The notes beneath the pieces are model-generated. The model was not told the DNA's origin. It did not search any database and worked only from the letters and a program-made list of their open reading frames with translations. A program made the position numbers and the translations under genes. From the IMG/VR virus record IMGVR_UViG_3300048576_000594, positions 1-31,369 of that record: a stretch of 31,369 bases of DNA. The stretch is one strand, 5' to 3'. Shown here one piece after another: positions 16,155 through 25,372 of the stretch (positions are counted from its first letter, which is position 1; each line of letters opens with the position of its first letter). Origin of the DNA: a virus. Its lineage: Duplodnaviria > Caudoviricetes.

Positions 16155-16195
16155 AAGCCGTTCGGGGCCGAACACCCGGTGCGGCTTATTTTTTT
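16155..16195 (+). terminator. Leader terminator (attenuator-like) upstream of the tRNA and head genes
   Basis: AAGCCGTTCGGG-GCCGAACA-CCCGGTGCGGCTT followed by ATTTTTTT; preceded by a second hairpin at 16111-16143. Confidence 0.7.
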
Positions 16196-16219
16196 GCGCT
16201 CGCATATTTGGTTGATCAC

Positions 16220-16291
16220 GGCGGGATAGAGCAACGGTAGCTCGGCAGGCTCATGATCTGCAAGATGAAGGTTCGAATCCTTCTCCCGCAA
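16220..16291 (+). tRNA. Initiator-like tRNA-Met (CAT), no encoded CCA
   Basis: Acceptor GCGGGA/TCCCGC with G1.A72 mismatch; D stem GAGC/GCTC; anticodon arm GCAGG-CTCATGA-TCTGC; T arm GAAGG-TTCGAAT-CCTTC. Confidence 0.85.
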
Positions 16292-16293
16292 TT

Positions 16294-16491
16294 ATGACAG
16301 ATGATTTAAATAATTCGATTTTGGATAATGCCCAACAGCCTGCAAAAGTTTCTAGTGACGGAGTTTCCGTCGAACAGCATCCGCTCTCTGAGCAGATTGC
16401 GGCGGATAAATACTTGGCAAGTAAAACCGCTACGAGGCGTAAAGGTCTGGGAATTAAATTTTCAAAGTTATCTCCTTCGGGAACGGTTTAG
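16294..16491 (+). CDS. Probable head-tail adaptor (gpW-like by position)
   Basis: 65-aa ORF directly before a lambda-type portal; PAKVSSDGVSVEQHPLSEQIAADKYL. Confidence 0.65.
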   Translation: MTDDLNNSILDNAQQPAKVSSDGVSVEQHPLSEQIAADKYLASKTATRRKGLGIKFSKLSPSGTV

Positions 16492-16493
16492 TT

Positions 16494-17927
16494 ATGTGGT
16501 TTTTCGGTAAAAATAAAAAGCAAAAAGTCTTGCAGCCTGCAGGACGAATCCTGCGGGCAAGGTTCGATGCTGCACAGACCACAGCTGACAACCAGAGGCA
16601 TTGGGCCAATGCCGATTGTCTGTCTGCAGATTCAGCTGCAAACGCCGATGTTCGAAAGACCCTTCGTAACAGATCTCGCTATGAAGTTGCAAATAACAGT
16701 TATGCCAGGGGAATTGTCGCAACTCTTGCGAATGATGTCGTTGGAACAGGGCCAAGGCTCCAAATGCTGACCGATGAGACCTTAGGCAATGGTATTATCG
16801 AAACAGAATTTATGAACTGGGCATCTCAAATCAAACTTGCCCAAAAACTTCGTACCATGCGTATGGCAAGAGCAAGCGATGGTGAGGCATTCGGCATACT
16901 TTCAATAAACAGGAATTTAAATTCACCTGTAAAACTTGACCTTCGACTTATCGAAGCAGACCAGATTACTACGCCATGGTCGAAATTCCTTAACACACAA
17001 TCGTTAGTTGACGGCATTGAATTCGACCAGTTTGGAAATCCATCCAGCTATTATTGTTTAAAAAATCATCCAGGAGCTTTCTCGAATGCAGCTTTTTATG
17101 AATATAACACCATCGATGCAGATTCGATGATCCACTGGTATAGAGCTGATAGACCGGGACAGAGCCGCGGTATTCCTGAAATCACGCCGGCATTGCCGTT
17201 ATTTGCACAGCTTAGAAGATATACATTGGCAGTTATAGCAGCCGCTGAAACAGCTGCTGATTTTGCAGCAGTGTTATATACAGATTCACCAGCAAATGGT
17301 GAAGCGGCTAATTTAGAACCGATGGATGTAGTCCAACTTGAAAAAAGAATGGCTACAACGCTTCCTGATGGCTGGAAGCTTGGCCAGATAGAAGCCCATC
17401 AGCCGACAACTACGTACGGTGAGTTTAAAAACCAGATTCTAAATGAAATCGCTCGATGTCTGAATATGCCATTTAATATCGCGGCATGCAATTCATCGGG
17501 ATACAACTATGCATCAGGCCGGCTCGACCATCAAACATATCACAAGAGTATCAGGGTGGATCAGGCTGACATGGCACTAGTGATACTCGATAGGATTTTA
17601 CAGGCATGGCTCAATGAAGCGATTTTAATCTCAGACTACCTCCCGCTAAGTTGGCGAACTATTATGAGCCGGTGCAGGGCTACGCCTTGCCATCAGTGGT
17701 TCTGGGATGGCACAGAACATGTCGATCCTGCCAAAGAAGCCAAAGCACAGGAAATCAGGCTTTCCAATCATACTACCACACTCGCTGATGAATATGCAAA
17801 ACAAGGCAAGGACTGGGAAGTTGAACTACGACAGCGCTCACGCGAGAAAAAATTAATGGATGAATTAGGAATATCACAACAAACAACAACTACTTCAATT
17901 TTGGAGAAAGACGATGAGTCAGAATAA
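16494..17927 (+). CDS. Portal protein, lambda family
   Basis: LRNRSRYEVANNSYARGIV, VVGTGPRLQ, DGEAF, RPGQSRGIP, YNYASGRLD, HVDPAKEA. Confidence 0.92.
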   Translation: MWFFGKNKKQKVLQPAGRILRARFDAAQTTADNQRHWANADCLSADSAANADVRKTLRNRSRYEVANNSYARGIVATLANDVVGTGPRLQMLTDETLGNGIIETEFMNWASQIKLAQKLRTMRMARASDGEAFGILSINRNLNSPVKLDLRLIEADQITTPWSKFLNTQSLVDGIEFDQFGNPSSYYCLKNHPGAFSNAAFYEYNTIDADSMIHWYRADRPGQSRGIPEITPALPLFAQLRRYTLAVIAAAETAADFAAVLYTDSPANGEAANLEPMDVVQLEKRMATTLPDGWKLGQIEAHQPTTTYGEFKNQILNEIARCLNMPFNIAACNSSGYNYASGRLDHQTYHKSIRVDQADMALVILDRILQAWLNEAILISDYLPLSWRTIMSRCRATPCHQWFWDGTEHVDPAKEAKAQEIRLSNHTTTLADEYAKQGKDWEVELRQRSREKKLMDELGISQQTTTTSILEKDDESE

Positions 17928-19812
17928 ATTAAATTTAACGGCAAACTTTTCAATCGAAGCAGCACAGGTAATTGGCGAAAACGAAAAACCCAAGAACAGA
18001 CGGTTCTCAATGACGGCGTATACGGGTGGCCCGATGGCACTCGATGGCTGGAAGTATCCTGTGGTCATTGATTTGCAAGGTTTGAATGTTGGTAGCGGTT
18101 CGCGGCCAATATTTATCAGCCATAACCAGGATATCGATGATCTGCTTGGCCAGACTGATCATGTGGATATTCTGGAAAATAACTTAATCGCTGTTGGCGA
18201 AATTTTAGGCGATTCACCTCGCGTAACGCGTGTAATTGCACTAGCTGATAAAGGTTTTAAATGGCAGGCATCGATTGGAGCAAGGGCCGATCAGGTCGAA
18301 TTTATTAAAGCAGGCAATATCGCTAAAGTAAATGGCAAAGATTTTACAGGCCCACTTAATATAGCACGTAAAGCAACCTTGGGTGAAATAAGTTTTGTAA
18401 CCCTCGGCGCAGATAACAATACATCGGCAACAATAGCCGCAAATTTTCAGGAGCAAACTATGGAAAATAAAAATAAGGAAACCGACAAAAAAGAACAAAC
18501 AACTGTAACCGCAGAAAGTACTACCGCAGATATCCGGGCAGCGGCCGCTGCGGAAACCACTCGCATCGCAGCTATCAAAAAAATCTGCTGCGGTAAATAC
18601 GATGATATCGAAGCAAAGGCTATTTCAGAAGGATGGGACCAGGCCAAATGCGAATTAGAAGTTCTCAGGGCATCAAGACCTACTGTAAATATCGTCTCTT
18701 CGCAGAAACCTGCGGCAACCCCAAAGGTCTTTGAGGCAGTAGCATTGATGGCTTCGGGTATTTCAAGCTCTCGTTTGGAAACGCATTATGATGACCAGAC
18801 ACTTGATGCTGCTGAAAAACTTCGCGGTATAGGTATCCAGGAATATTGTGAGCAGATTTGCGCTATGCAGCTGCCCAGATTCCGCAGGGATGCATCGGCA
18901 TGGCTTGCAGCAGCATTCAGTACAGCATCGCTGCCGGGAATACTTTCCAATGTAGCCAATAAAATGCTGCTTGAAGGTTATAACTATATCGAAGATTCCT
19001 GGCGGAAGATCTGCAAGATTGCAAGTGTAAACGATTTTAAGGAACACAGCCGGTATCGTATGACCGGAAGTTTTAAATTCGAGCAGGTTGGTCCCGATGG
19101 TGAACTGAAACACGGCAAAATCGATGAGCAGAAATACGGCCAGAAGGCTGATACACACGGTATCATGTTTGCACTGACCCGCCAGATGATTATCAATGAT
19201 GATTTGGCTGCATTTACGGATGTACCCAGACAGATTGGTATGGGTGCAGCAGAAGCTATCGCTGATGCTGTATGGGGACTTTTACTTTCCAATCCATCGA
19301 GCTTCTTTTCCACTGCTCACAAAAACTATAAGGATGGTGCTGATACGGCACTGTGCGTTGATTCATTGACGGATGCAGAGGTTGTATTTGGCGAACAGAC
19401 TAAACCAAATGGTAAGCCGCTTGGTGTTCAACCTTCATTAATCCTGGTACCAACGGCTCTGAGGGTCCCGGCTGATTTATTGATGAAGTCACCAACTCTC
19501 AATGAAACTACAACGGCCAATAAAGGTAAACCTGCATCTAATCCTCATATCGGTAAATATGAAGTTGTTTCAAGCAGCTATTTGAGCAACTCATCTTTTG
19601 CAGGCTATAGTTCAAAGGCATGGTATCTGTTTGCTGATCCAAATAGACTGCCTGCCCTGGAAGTTGCGTTTTTAAATGGAATCGATCAACCCACAGTCGA
19701 AAAAACAGATGCCGATTTTAATACACTTGGCATTCAGTTCAGAGGCTTTATTGATTTTGGTGTCAGAGAACAGGATTATCGCGGCGCTGTGAAGTTCAAG
19801 GGTGAAGCGTAA
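17914..19812 (+). CDS. Prohead protease - major capsid protein fusion
   Basis: N-terminal protease-like AYTGG, ISHN, WQASIG, EISFVTLGAD; C-terminal capsid-like SVNDFK, GELKHG, LTRQMIINDDL, AWYLFADP, IDFGV..DYRG. Confidence 0.88.
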   Translation: MSQNKLNLTANFSIEAAQVIGENEKPKNRRFSMTAYTGGPMALDGWKYPVVIDLQGLNVGSGSRPIFISHNQDIDDLLGQTDHVDILENNLIAVGEILGDSPRVTRVIALADKGFKWQASIGARADQVEFIKAGNIAKVNGKDFTGPLNIARKATLGEISFVTLGADNNTSATIAANFQEQTMENKNKETDKKEQTTVTAESTTADIRAAAAAETTRIAAIKKICCGKYDDIEAKAISEGWDQAKCELEVLRASRPTVNIVSSQKPAATPKVFEAVALMASGISSSRLETHYDDQTLDAAEKLRGIGIQEYCEQICAMQLPRFRRDASAWLAAAFSTASLPGILSNVANKMLLEGYNYIEDSWRKICKIASVNDFKEHSRYRMTGSFKFEQVGPDGELKHGKIDEQKYGQKADTHGIMFALTRQMIINDDLAAFTDVPRQIGMGAAEAIADAVWGLLLSNPSSFFSTAHKNYKDGADTALCVDSLTDAEVVFGEQTKPNGKPLGVQPSLILVPTALRVPADLLMKSPTLNETTTANKGKPASNPHIGKYEVVSSSYLSNSSFAGYSSKAWYLFADPNRLPALEVAFLNGIDQPTVEKTDADFNTLGIQFRGFIDFGVREQDYRGAVKFKGEA

Positions 19813-19849
19813 TAAACATTAATATTTTTAAAATACAGGAGTATTTAAA

Positions 19850-20596
19850 ATGGCTTATACAATAAATTTTTATCAAAATGGCAAATCTATCGATTACACA
19901 CCGGCTGTTGATGTAGCGGCCGGTACTATCGTGGTCCAAAAAGGTGTTGTCGGTATAACTAAACTTGATATCCCGGCAAATGTAAAAGGTGCACTTTGCA
20001 TTGAAGGTATCTTTGCAGTGCCCAAAAAGAATGAAGCATTTGCAGCAGGACTGCCTGTATGGTTCGATGCTGATGGCAACCCGCAGGGTGGTGTCGCAGG
20101 TAGCGGGGCAGCTACACAAATTGGCGGCGATGCTCAGGCAGCTGGTGATGTGCTTCTCGGAACGGCAGTAATCGCGGCTGCAGCTGCGGATCAGTTTGTT
20201 TATGTTGCCTTAAATAAATTCGATGCTCGTATTCCGGCATTTGCAGAAAATGCTCGCATCGCCAAGGCAGCAAGTGCAAATGCAGCTGTAACAGAATCCG
20301 GAGTTTGCTACGATTGTACCGCAGATAATACGGTAATCACTCTGCCTGCAACAGCGGTTGGCCTTGAATTTACGGTTATGAATATGGCAGCTGATGGCGC
20401 TGCCAAGGTATCTGTTGATTTCCAGGCAGGTGATAAATCTCTTGGCGGTCTTGGCATTGCCGCAGGCGGTGACGGTTTCCAAATCGATAATACCAAAGCA
20501 ACTGCGAAAAAAGGCGATTTTATTACGCTCGTTGCTGATGGCACTGATGGCTACAGAATCAAGGCTATTCGCGGAACTTGGGCTCAGACAAGCTAA
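19850..20596 (+). CDS. DUF2190-like capsid cement/decoration protein with C-terminal extension
   Basis: YQNGKSIDYTPAVDVAAG...GALCIEGIFAVPK directly after the capsid gene; extra domain with ITLPA..GLEFTV and GDFITLVADG. Confidence 0.75.
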   Translation: MAYTINFYQNGKSIDYTPAVDVAAGTIVVQKGVVGITKLDIPANVKGALCIEGIFAVPKKNEAFAAGLPVWFDADGNPQGGVAGSGAATQIGGDAQAAGDVLLGTAVIAAAAADQFVYVALNKFDARIPAFAENARIAKAASANAAVTESGVCYDCTADNTVITLPATAVGLEFTVMNMAADGAAKVSVDFQAGDKSLGGLGIAAGGDGFQIDNTKATAKKGDFITLVADGTDGYRIKAIRGTWAQTS

Positions 20597-20949
20597 TGGC
20601 TAATTTGCTGAAACAAGGAATTGATTTTTTAGCTGATAAGCTCAAAGCTCATGCATCTGAGACGATCATTTACAAACGCGGCGCAGATAGCATAAGTATC
20701 TGCGCCAGTTTTGGAAAAACAAACTACCAGATAGAAGATGATTCGGGCTTTAAGATTGGCGGTCATATAACTGATTTTTTATTTGAGGCTGCTGATTTAA
20801 TTATTGATGGATTATTAACCGTTCCCAAAGCAGGTGATCGGATCGAAGTCGATGGAAAAGTATATGAAGCGTTATTTCTTGGCGACGGTTGCTGGCGGTG
20901 CAGCGATCCTTTTGGAAAAATCATCCGCCTCCATACAAAGGAAGTTTAA
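20596..20949 (+). CDS. Head-tail joining protein (by position)
   Basis: TAATG-coupled start; PKAGDRIEVDGKVYE and WRCSDPF..IRLHTK. Confidence 0.65.
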   Translation: MANLLKQGIDFLADKLKAHASETIIYKRGADSISICASFGKTNYQIEDDSGFKIGGHITDFLFEAADLIIDGLLTVPKAGDRIEVDGKVYEALFLGDGCWRCSDPFGKIIRLHTKEV

Positions 20950-20951
20950 TT

Positions 20952-21290
20952 ATGTCTCTAACAACTAAAATAGTTTTATCAGCGGTTCCTTTTCTGATGC
21001 TTGGAAGCAGTAGTTCTACGGAAGTTGTAACTATTGCAGATGAGTTCATGAAATATGGCGAACTCGGGCTCTGTTTCGCATTGGTGGCTTATCTTATGTA
21101 CAGCAATTACTGCCTAGTTGCTTCACTTCAGAAACTTATTAAGGAAAAAAGCTCTCAAGAAGAGCGACTGATAAATGCGATCCAGACTTTCTGTGCTGTA
21201 TGCCGCGAGCGGCCGTGTTTATTAGATGCGAATGCATTTAAGATGGATAACCCAGATGGTCTGGCTGCTGTAAAGAAGGAAGATAACTAA
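20952..21290 (+). CDS. Small membrane protein, possible holin
   Basis: ATG 20952; one or two hydrophobic segments (GELGLCFALVAYLMY) followed by a charged helical tail. Confidence 0.5.
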   Translation: MSLTTKIVLSAVPFLMLGSSSSTEVVTIADEFMKYGELGLCFALVAYLMYSNYCLVASLQKLIKEKSSQEERLINAIQTFCAVCRERPCLLDANAFKMDNPDGLAAVKKEDN

Positions 21291-21709
21291 TGGTCTTGCA
21301 ATTAGCTGAAAAAATCGTAACTACGCTCAATGACGGTGAATTTGATTTAGAATTTACTGCGACAAAGACGCTATTTCCATTTTATGAGTTGAAGGATTTA
21401 TCAACTCTGCGGGTAACTATCGTTCCTAAAAGTGTAAATATCACAACGGCTAGCAGGGCAGCTAGTGAATTTGATTATCAGGTAGATATAGCAATTCAAA
21501 AAGCGGTTAAATCGCCAGACGATGCCGAAGTTACGGTTTTGACGGACTTTGCCTTGGTCATTGCAAAAAGTTTCCGCAATAAAGTGTACCAGGATATCGG
21601 CGCTGTATGTTTTAAGCAGTCTATCGATCCACTGTATTCGGTTGAGCATATTCAGCCGCCAAGTGTTTTCACAAGCGTTGTTACATTAAATTTTAAAGTT
21701 ATTGAATAA
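21290..21709 (+). CDS. Tail completion/terminator-like protein
   Basis: TAATG-coupled; size and position; LRVTIVPKS, YQVDIAIQK, VFTSVVTLNF. Confidence 0.6.
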   Translation: MVLQLAEKIVTTLNDGEFDLEFTATKTLFPFYELKDLSTLRVTIVPKSVNITTASRAASEFDYQVDIAIQKAVKSPDDAEVTVLTDFALVIAKSFRNKVYQDIGAVCFKQSIDPLYSVEHIQPPSVFTSVVTLNFKVIE

Positions 21710-21719
21710 GGATAATACT

Positions 21720-22025
21720 ATGCCACTACCAATTACAAAACCAGAGGATATTCAACAGCCAAATGCGGTTTATGTGCCGCAGATAATTCTACAAACTTCG
21801 ATTTACGATGGCAGATTAGTGCCATCGGCTATTATAAATCTTATGCCGGCAAAGTGTGTCGATGGCGTTTGGACTGAAACTGGTGGTCAGGTAAGAACCA
21901 TTCAAATACAAGATGTTACTAATTTGGATGAAGATTTGGCTTCGCTTCAGGAGCAGGCTAATCAGTTGTTTGGCGGCTTTGTGGAAATTATAGGCTATAT
22001 AAATGCAATTCGCAGGATACTGTAA
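21720..22025 (+). CDS. Hypothetical protein
   Basis: AAGGA SD and ATG 21720; TAATG-coupled to the next gene. Confidence 0.6.
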   Translation: MPLPITKPEDIQQPNAVYVPQIILQTSIYDGRLVPSAIINLMPAKCVDGVWTETGGQVRTIQIQDVTNLDEDLASLQEQANQLFGGFVEIIGYINAIRRIL

Positions 22026-23407
22026 TGACTACGTGGTACGGTCAAATCTGGGATAGTTTTAATTTTGATGATGCTGCATTAGCTGATGGGGTTTATACCA
22101 GCACTACTTGGAATAGTGCTTCTGATGGTAGCGGTACGTGGCTATCCTGGAATGAGAATCAAACTATAGTAGATGCTTATGCTGAGGGAGATACTTTCAG
22201 AACAGGTAGTGGTCTTGGTGCAACACTAAATGTAGATATTACTAAACATTGTGTGTTGTACTCTGTTGGCGGTAGTTTTCTTATATATGAAAACAGGATA
22301 ATTAACGCTGATTGTATAACAAATTCTCTAAGTGGTATTAGTATAGAAGCTTCCTGCACTGTTGTTATAAATGGTAATGTAACTGGCGGTGTAACATCTT
22401 CAGCTATAGGTATTTTTATTAAATCCAACGTTACTGCAAATATAACTATCAATGGGACAGTTAATGCTGGTTCGAGTGGAAATTCCTATGGGCTTTATGC
22501 CGCTGGTATCGGCTCAACTATAACAATTAATAACGGCTCAAACAATGCTGTTGTCTCAATTGGCACAGTGAAAGCATTGGTTGTAAGTGAAAATTTCACC
22601 ACCGTAAATATTACTGGTAACGTGGTAAGCGGGACCAGTGGTACTGGCATAATGCTAAACAATACGGGTGCAACACTAAATATCACAGGCAATGTTATTG
22701 GTGGTTCTTCATCGACAGGATATGGTATTAATATCGCTTCTGCTGCAACAAGCTCATCTTTAACTATTGTGGGAAATGTTAATGGTGCAGTTGGCGCAGC
22801 TATTTATTCAAGTGCTGCCGGTGTAACAATAGATGTTACCGGAAATATTACCTGTACAGGCACTGGTGCTGCTATTACTCTTGGCGCTGCTGCGACACTG
22901 GCACAAAGAAATGGCAATATTACAGCATCCGGCACTGCCGGCTCTTCTGGTGGACATGGCATTAGCATTACCTCAAATAATTGCATTCTAAATTTAAGTG
23001 GTAATGTATATGGTGGACAAAGTGCGGGCATAAATAATATATGTGGTATAAAAGTAAGTTATTCGGGAACCACAAGTTTTACACTTGCGCTCAATGGTAA
23101 TGTTTATGCCGGATTAGGCATCCTTTGCCATGGTATTTCAGTTGTTTCTGCAACGGCTTTTGGCACATATTCGGTTGTTATAAATGGAAATATTTTCAAT
23201 AATGAAAAAGCCCTCGGTGTTTCAGCACCTTATACGCTTGGTAGTTCAAACCAGTATTTTACCCAAAATCCAATAACAGGTGGTTCAATGATTAAATTTC
23301 CCATGCAGCTTGCTGTAGAAAAAGTGTTAAAAGGCCAAGTGCACGGCAATGTTGTGGGTACTCTTGCACCAGCAAGTCCATTTAGAAGATTGAAAAGATT
23401 TGTTTGA
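22025..23407 (+). CDS. Gly/Ser/Thr/Asn-rich beta-solenoid repeat protein, possible fibre or spike
   Basis: About ten repeats of (V/L)xIxGNVxGG with roughly 25-28 aa spacing. Confidence 0.7.
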   Translation: MTTWYGQIWDSFNFDDAALADGVYTSTTWNSASDGSGTWLSWNENQTIVDAYAEGDTFRTGSGLGATLNVDITKHCVLYSVGGSFLIYENRIINADCITNSLSGISIEASCTVVINGNVTGGVTSSAIGIFIKSNVTANITINGTVNAGSSGNSYGLYAAGIGSTITINNGSNNAVVSIGTVKALVVSENFTTVNITGNVVSGTSGTGIMLNNTGATLNITGNVIGGSSSTGYGINIASAATSSSLTIVGNVNGAVGAAIYSSAAGVTIDVTGNITCTGTGAAITLGAAATLAQRNGNITASGTAGSSGGHGISITSNNCILNLSGNVYGGQSAGINNICGIKVSYSGTTSFTLALNGNVYAGLGILCHGISVVSATAFGTYSVVINGNIFNNEKALGVSAPYTLGSSNQYFTQNPITGGSMIKFPMQLAVEKVLKGQVHGNVVGTLAPASPFRRLKRFV

Positions 23408-23462
23408 AAGTGAAAAGTTAAAAACTAAAAGTGAAAAATTTACGATTCGGCCTTTCGGCCGA
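23407..23462 (+). repeat. Five degenerate 7-bp tandem repeats plus a GC hairpin
   Basis: AAAGTGA AAAGTTA AAAACTA AAAGTGA AAAATTT (23407-23441); TCGGCC-TTTC-GGCCGA (23447-23462). Confidence 0.65.
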
Positions 23463-23487
23463 GACTTATTTTACTCGGTAAGAAACA

Positions 23488-23985
23488 ATGAATAATAATT
23501 TTAGAAATAATTCCGGTTGGCAATTGTTACGGACAGTTGAGGCTGTAGATAATCCGGCGCTTTCTGCAAATACATTTGATAGCAAACCGTCATTTGCTAA
23601 AAATATTAATATCGCAGCAATCAGAGGTTTGGAATTAATCCTTGCTGCAGTTGGTGATGAAAACGGAACTGCCATTGTTCGTCTCTGGGGCGGCAGGAAT
23701 ATAAATTCTGGTCCAGCACAGCTTATAGCAGATATTACATTTACGCTCGGTACTATGACTGTAAATAAAGACCCGCAAACACAGGCAGCAACTGCACTGA
23801 CGCGATATGCCGATTCAGCTGCGATTACTTCTTATTGGCCCACAGATATCAAGGCTGTAAATACGGGCAACAATTTAATGACAACGGTCAGTTTCGATGG
23901 GCTCGATATCGCCTGGATCGCGGCTGAGGTAATCTCACTTACTAATGTGACAAAGGCAAACCTTTATTTTGGGTATTTTAGCTAA
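23488..23985 (+). CDS. Hypothetical protein, probably structural
   Basis: 165 aa, beta-rich, TAATG-coupled to the next gene. Confidence 0.6.
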   Translation: MNNNFRNNSGWQLLRTVEAVDNPALSANTFDSKPSFAKNINIAAIRGLELILAAVGDENGTAIVRLWGGRNINSGPAQLIADITFTLGTMTVNKDPQTQAATALTRYADSAAITSYWPTDIKAVNTGNNLMTTVSFDGLDIAWIAAEVISLTNVTKANLYFGYFS

Positions 23986-24437
23986 TGGCAGCAAAAGTCT
24001 CAAATTTTGGTAAGTCAATTTGCAAAGTAAAAAATTTGTTCTTTGATAGTCCGGCTGTTTTAGCTGCGGTGGATTCGGCCACAAGAAAAGTCTTAAACCG
24101 AATTGGCGGTATGATAAGACTTGCCGCCAGAAGGTCGATTAAAAAGGCCGCCTCGCATACTACTGTAAGTAAGCCCGGCAAGCCGCCGCTAAGCCATACG
24201 GGCCTGCTTCGAAACTATATCTATTATTCGTTTGATCCGCAGTCAAGATCAGTTGTTGTTGGCCCGGTTGCGTTAAATGCAAAAGGTAAAGATGTGCCGC
24301 GTACACTTGAGTACAGTGGAAGTACAAGAATAAAAGGTAAAAACGTTCATATCGCTGCAAGACCCTTTATGGGTCCTGCTTTAGCAGTAAACCAGCCGCG
24401 CATGGCAGCTTTATGGCAAAACAGTGTTAAAAAATAA
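23985..24437 (+). CDS. HK97 gp10-like / virion morphogenesis protein
   Basis: Basic protein with SKPGKPPLSHTGLLR, LEYSG and IAARPFMGPAL. Confidence 0.8.
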   Translation: MAAKVSNFGKSICKVKNLFFDSPAVLAAVDSATRKVLNRIGGMIRLAARRSIKKAASHTTVSKPGKPPLSHTGLLRNYIYYSFDPQSRSVVVGPVALNAKGKDVPRTLEYSGSTRIKGKNVHIAARPFMGPALAVNQPRMAALWQNSVKK

Positions 24438-24461
24438 CTTATTTTTATAGGAGTATTTGAT

Positions 24462-24908
24462 ATGTCAGCAGCAGATTTTATTTTGGGAATAAACGCCAAA
24501 TTATATCACGGCACAAACGATGCCGAATTAACAGCAATGACGGAAGCATCAAACGTCAAAGATTTGACCGTGTCAGTTTCAGCGGGCGAATGCGATATTA
24601 GCACGCGAGCAAACAGCGGCTGGCGAGCAACGGCGGCAACGTTGCGGGAATGTGAATTATCCTGGACCATGAACTGGAAACCTGGGGATGCATTTTTTAC
24701 AGCGGTTAAAACTGCAATGCTAAATAGTACAACTCTATGTCTTGCCGCATTGACAGGAGAAAAGGCTACAGCGTACAGTTCCGGGCCTCATGGAAACTTT
24801 TCAATCACAAAGTTCGATAGAAAAGAATCACTCGAAGAAGCTATTACCGTCGATGTTACAGCAAAACTTGCAAAGTACATTGCATGGGTTGATGTAGCAG
24901 GTGCATAA
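24462..24908 (+). CDS. Major tail (tube) protein
   Basis: SD AGGAG; NVKDLTVS, DISTRANSGW, FSITKFDRKESLEEAITVDVT; precedes chaperone and tape measure genes. Confidence 0.75.
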   Translation: MSAADFILGINAKLYHGTNDAELTAMTEASNVKDLTVSVSAGECDISTRANSGWRATAATLRECELSWTMNWKPGDAFFTAVKTAMLNSTTLCLAALTGEKATAYSSGPHGNFSITKFDRKESLEEAITVDVTAKLAKYIAWVDVAGA

Positions 24909-24925
24909 TTTAAGGAGGTATTGAA

Positions 24926-25372
24926 ATGAAGACTTTTACAGATAGTGCCGGCAGGATTTGGACAATATCGCTAACCATTGATAGCGCAAAGCGAGTGCGT
25001 GATTTATTGAATATAAATCTCCTTGAGCCGGAGGTTGGCGATCCACCCTTAATTACAAGGCTCGGCACAGATGAATTTTTATTGTGTGATGTACTATATT
25101 GTCTCATTAAGCCGCAGGCTGATTCGGTGAACGTTTCGAGCGAGCAGTTTGGTCAGGCTTTGGGCGGTGATGTAATACTTGCAGCGCAGAATGCTTTCTA
25201 TGATGAGGTAATTGATTTTTTCCAGAAACGGGGTCGAACCGACAGAGCCAAGGCGGCATCGACTCAGCAGAAAATGATAAATCTGGCGATAGAAAAGATA
25301 ACTCAGAATCTAACTCAAATCGACCTGGGCGGGAAACTGACGGAAATATTTGGCGCACGGTCTATACAATAG
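24926..25372 (+). CDS. Tail assembly chaperone (gpG-like)
   Basis: SD AAGGAGG; located between tail tube and tape measure genes; contains slippery T-TTT-TTC. Confidence 0.8.
   Translation: MKTFTDSAGRIWTISLTIDSAKRVRDLLNINLLEPEVGDPPLITRLGTDEFLLCDVLYCLIKPQADSVNVSSEQFGQALGGDVILAAQNAFYDEVIDFFQKRGRTDRAKAASTQQKMINLAIEKITQNLTQIDLGGKLTEIFGARSIQ

Noticed and set aside
16100-16291. 63-aa minus ORF MREKDSNLH...
   Set aside because: Typical antisense reading of a tRNA gene.
25328-25338. GGGAAAC as the chaperone slippery site
   Set aside because: It is read GGG AAA in frame 0, the wrong phase for X-XXY-YYZ slippage; TTTTTTC at 25216 is correctly phased.
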